From the NCBI RefSeq assembly GCF_032062105.1, contig NW_026930557.1, positions 248,001-312,000 on the forward strand: a stretch of DNA of 64,000 nucleotides, read 5' to 3'. The stretch's first letter is position 1. Every line of letters begins with the position of its first letter. Made by a program: the position numbers and the translations under genes. The stretch is from Saccostrea cucullata. Taxonomy: Eukaryota. The notes beneath the pieces were generated by a model, which was not told where the DNA came from, did no database searches, and was given only the letters and a program-made list of their open reading frames with translations. Of the stretch, positions 59,112 through 64,000 are shown one piece after another.

Positions 59112-62100
59112 ATGCGCAATTCCTCAATTTGTGGACCGGATCTGGAAAATCCGGAAGAGAAAAGAGACATCTGTAAAATGGAGCAGTTCCGGCAAAAAAG
59201 AAGATGCAAGAGCATCCGTGCACCTACGGAGGCGGAAATAGCTAATCTAGAGGTAAGAATTAAAAATATTTTTATTTCGCCCTAGCAGTCGCCGAGTATC
59301 TCTCAATGCAGATATTCTTTGAATAGCATTTTTGGCAAAATCGTATTATAATTTTTATCATTATAAAATTATATATATTCTTCAAAGAAAGGATTTCAGT
59401 ATGAGACTTGTTCTGGGATTCCATTGCCTAAATAATAGAGTTGGAAGTAGTACAGATGAAATGGATAAAATAGATTTTATTTTGAAATAAAAAATATTTC
59501 TCAATATGATAAAAAAAAACCCACTAAACCCCTCATTGAAATTTCTTCATTCTGTCGGTAATAATTCCTATGTGATAATGATAGCACCAATAGCCTGCGG
59601 GAGCCAGCCTCAGAAACGGTCAAACCTTTGTTTGTGTTTATTAATATTCTGTGTTAATTAGCCCATTATGATCAGATAAATTACGGACTTAATGTGCGAT
59701 AAACGACGATATGTGTAATCCATATATGGGATTTACATTAACTGTTTATCTCACATAAGGAGTAAAATGTCCACTGTAGCCTGATGTGCCGCTGATTTTG
59801 CAGAATCAAACCCTTTCCATCAATTCCGACTGAAAGCAAAAGCGAAGGACATGTATTGAACTACTGATATGCATTATGTACAGGTATCGGCACGTTTTTG
59901 TGTGCTCAATTTGACATAAATACTGACAGTCAGTATAATTCAGTACCATAACGTTCTCAAGCAAATAATGTACTATACTTTTTTGTCGAAATTGAGAACT
60001 TGGCAGTGTAAATTTTGAAACAAAGCACTTGCAAGTTCAACTCAGACAAAATATAAATGAGAAAATATTGCATTCCAAAGAATTCTACTACAGTTCTATA
60101 GCTTTTAGTGATGAGAAGGACAACGCTATTTTTAACAAACGTTTTGCCGAAAACGGAAAAATAAACACAAAACAAGTATAAAATGATGAAGTTTGACTTC
60201 AAATTTTGTTGAAAAACAATCATGACAGCATTGCAGAAGAAAGAACTTGAGAAAAAAACAACAATGATCTTTATGTTTAATTACATAGTGATACACGTAT
60301 GACCTTGAGGATTGCACTTATGCATTAGACCTTTCGTAGTCCTTAATGAATAAGAGACATGGTGCTAAGAGTCTGTTAATATGACTTGTCTTTCAGGCAG
60401 TTTTGCATACTTTAAGTACTAAGTAGATTGGTGCCATTGTTAAGAGTATTTAATTTCCACTTCAACTGTTTAATTGTAAATGAGTCAGTGAGATTTCTTA
60501 CAAAAACTGAATTTACACAAAATTGTTCATCAAGACTTCAGCCCTTAGCCATCGCCCGATTAAAGTTTCGAACATTTTGTTAAGAAAAACCTTAGAAAAT
60601 CACATTTCATTAAATGTGTGATTTTACTTTACATGCATTTTCTGTTTATTCCACTGAAAAATTCCATGCCTGATAGAATATGAACATGAATTCAGAAAAC
60701 ATGAGCTTTAATTTCTTAAATTTCCATATTTTATAAAAGTAAGTTTAATTAAACATTTTCTGATGATCAATAAAAGCGTCATACAGCCTATGTACATGTA
60801 AACGTATATGGTACTGTATTTATAATGTACAGAAGCGGTCGACATACCATACCGATTTTACTGCATGTTGAAAAAATGTTTTTCGTACGTATCAAGTGAG
60901 TAAAAATTATAAATTACAATTGTTATTTAATTTTCATATAGTATATAACAAAGTGTACGTTTATAATCTGCTTTTAACCTTTGTTACATTGTATGAATAT
61001 TTCAAAACTGGTTACGATATGGAGAAAATTTACACTTTTGTACTGAAGTTATTTAGTCCGTTCATACGCTCGCAATTTGACATTATTGAAGAAAGCAATC
61101 CACATGTTAATTGATGAACACATTACACTTCTAACGTCTGGTCATTGCTTACTTTTACTTCAATCATGTATTAATGGTTGACAATTTCCGCGTACAATGT
61201 ACGGACAAATTCGTAGAAATTCTTATCAATTCCGATCAATTATTGTCATGCGCAATATTCCGCTGTTATTTTAAAAGCATTCAGGTTCTCAAGTTGTTTA
61301 AAATAAAAAAAAGTCATAGTCAATTAAAGGAAACCATCTTTCAATTTTTTTTTTATTACAGCCTTAGGCATGTTAGGATATAAACGAGCAAGACAGGATG
61401 CAGAAGAGTGCTTAAGTGTTTTCAGTTCGTTTTGACATGACATATGATTAAAACAATTGACGACAGAGAACATCGAGACGCTAGTTGATTATTAAAAGTG
61501 TATAGAACCGATTTAGCTGATATAAATTGAATCTTTACTGTTTTTATTGTCTAAGATATATTCCCTTTTAATTGCAAGTTCAAGTACCTATGGTTAATAT
61601 TATAGTACAATTTATGCTACATATGGAAATAATTATAACGTTTTGTGCTACTTATGGTGATTATTGGCGCGGTTTGTCCTAGCCATGGTAATTATTGGCA
61701 CGGTTTGTGTTACTGTGGTAATTATAAGTACGGTTTGTGCTACCTACGGTATTTATAGTACGGTTCGTCCTACCTGTGGTAATTATTGGTGCGGTTTGTG
61801 TTACCTGTAGTAATTATTGGGACGGGTTGGGCAATATAATAGATATACCTTTTTTATTTTTTGTGGTAATTATTGGTACGGTTTGTGCTATATACTTGAC
61901 ATGTGGTAATTATTGGTACGGTTTGTGCTACCCGTGGTAAATATTGGTACGGTTAGTGCTACCCGTGGTAATTATTGGTACGGTTTGTTCTACCTGTGGT
62001 AATTATTGGTACGGTTTGTTCTACCTTTGGTAATTATTGGTTCAATCAAAGCGTTATATATAATCAGTACCGATGGGTACCTGTGGTAATTATTGGTACG

Positions 62101-63862
62101 GTTTGTGCTATATACTTGACATGTGGTAATTAACTTACATATTCACATGCTACCCGTGGTAATTATTGGTACGGTTTGTTCTATCAATCAGAGCGTTATA
62201 ATCAGTACCGATGTCAGTTCTTACACACATGCATCATCCACATATGATCATGAACTGCGTAAATTTTGTTTGATGTAAAGCTTACTCTAGCAGGTTTCAG
62301 AAAATCAATTTTATTAAAATATAAGAATCATTATAAACTTCATCCACATTGTACCTGCATTTTTAGACAACTTTATCATTTGAGGTAATTATCAAATACC
62401 TGCATCTCCCACAATATGTCAGCTCGACGCGATAACCCCCAGCCGTAGATCTTTTTTATAATTTTGTTTAATGGATTGTAAATTGGCATTTGAAAATTCA
62501 ACCTTTGTATTGTAAAAACTCTTAAAGTATTTTTATAATTCAATAAAGTTAACATATTTTAAGTCGAAAGTTTCTTTTTTTAAAAAGATATTTCAAAACG
62601 CCCTTACCTGTTCTGTTTTGAGCGCTTGTAATCAAATGACAAGCGAAGTTTGCAGTGTTTGACACAATACGGACGTTCCTCTTACTAGGTGAAACAACAA
62701 ACTGACGGCAGTTCACTTTTGTCGAATTCTTGAATCAGACCGTAAACTGGGAGCGAGACTTCTACTTATCTATGTCTACATGTATCTATATATATATACA
62801 TAATGTGTATATCATAATTTACAACGTTTAAGATAGCAATATCCTTGATTTATTTTAAAGTTCCTACAGAATGTTTTGTTTACGTACATCAGTACCAAAC
62901 TGACGATTTCTGAGTAATTTAGGGAAATGAGTTATTGATAGTGTGTGTTGTATCATCTTGTTTATTATATTGTCACACTGAACATTATGAGTCATTTTCC
63001 CCCAATGTCTTGATCAAATTTGACTTAAAATATAAGTTTTTAAAATGTACCTCGTTGACTTTTAAATGAAAATTTCATACATAATATTGCAAAATAAGTA
63101 CATGATGTTCAAATGATGTAATGATTAATCTCTATCTACTTAAAAATTATCTTGAATTCACCACATTGAGCACGCAAATCAGCCTGATTCTCTTTCTAAT
63201 TTTGAAGCAATCCCTTTAATTTTTTTTCACTTTTACTTTGACCACATTGTGATCTTGACCTGACTCGTTAACCTTTTTTGTTTTACAGGAGAACCTGAAG
63301 CAGTTGGACGGAATTTTTAGTCCTTCCGGTATAGGGAAGACCACTTCCGTTGTGTTTACGCTTCAGAATAGAGTGGGGAACCTGGCAAACGCTCTCAAAA
63401 TATTCCAGGTGAAAACTCCTCAAACACTATGTTTGTCATCCTCTAAAGCTACATATAGGACTGTGTTTTATCTAGATGCAAAAGAGCAAATAAACATATA
63501 CAATCTAAAATATTTAAATGAGGTTTAGACACTGAAAAAGAGGAGTTTGTATTCTTCTTTTAGATAAGTGCTTTTTACTGATGTTCAGGATATTGTTATT
63601 CAAGCAAACTAATTAGTGTAAATTACTGGCGAGGAAATCATGCCTGTTTATTTGTAGGACAACCACATTAACGTGGTACATATAGAATCTCGGAAATCCC
63701 AGAAGAACGAATCGGAAGCGGAAATTTACGTGGAGCTGGAGACGGACAACATCCGGTTACAGGAGCTTATCAAACGTCTGAAGAAACAGGTGGCCGGGAT
63801 CTCCTATAACGACATTCCCGTCCCGCCGTCCCCCGCCACAGCCGCTAGGGTACCAGCCACAG
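59112..63862 (+). CDS. TPH: Tryptophan hydroxylase-like aromatic amino acid hydroxylase, 5' part (N-terminus and ACT domain); continues beyond the window
   Basis: Exons 59112 (or 59178)-59252, 63289-63408, 63658-63862 splice in frame; TSVVFTLQNRVGNLANALKIFQ|DNHINVVHIESRKS..EIYVE matches the ACT domain, and HIESRKS favours TPH over PAH (HIESRPS). Assignment of exon 1 is inferred. Confidence 0.8.
61640..62185. repeat. 31-bp minisatellite in TPH intron 1
   Basis: About 14 units of CTACCTGTGGTAATTATTGGTACGGTTTGTG/T with interruptions. Confidence 0.9.
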
Positions 63863-64000
63863 GTAAGATAAAACAGGTGGCCGGGATCTCCTATAACGAC
63901 ATTCCCGTCCCGCCGTCCCCCGCCACCGCCGCTAGGGTACCTGCCACAGGTAAGATAAAACAGGTAGATCCACTCAGGTAAGATATATGACAGGTAGATT
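63784..64000 (+). repeat. 87-bp tandem duplication of the TPH exon-3 end plus donor, followed by short CAGGTA(A)GAT units
   Basis: Units start at 63784 and 63871 (2 substitutions); donors ACAG|GTAAGA after 63862 and 63949. Confidence 0.95.

Noticed and set aside
61737-61940. Hydrophobic 67-aa ORF
   Set aside because: Translation of the 31-bp minisatellite.

Overview
AT-rich eukaryotic (animal) genomic DNA with GT-AG introns, most likely an oyster or related bivalve; this is inferred from the repeat families and gene content, not proven. Genes reconstructed exon by exon: a fibrinogen-related domain (FReD) gene whose first domain exon is split by a 1.2-kb Helentron-type insertion, plus a partial second FReD copy; a prodomain-less caspase (6 coding exons, 369 aa, QACRI motif, ~130-aa acidic linker); fragments of a single-pass membrane protein; two tandem 12-exon catalases on the minus strand (511 and 517 aa); and the 5' part of a tryptophan hydroxylase-like gene, head-to-head with the second catalase. 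Introns and spacers are crowded with Helentron-associated elements, mariner/Harbinger/Kolobok/Sola-type TIR elements, SINEs and Penelope-like RT fragments. The most unusual signal is five separate 65-90 bp tandem duplications in four genes, each straddling an exon-intron junction and copying a splice site. Other notable signals are a probable gene-conversion tract between the catalases and two tandem candidate terminal exons of catalase A that each end in a PTS1-like tripeptide. All coordinates were counted by hand; no database searches were run.
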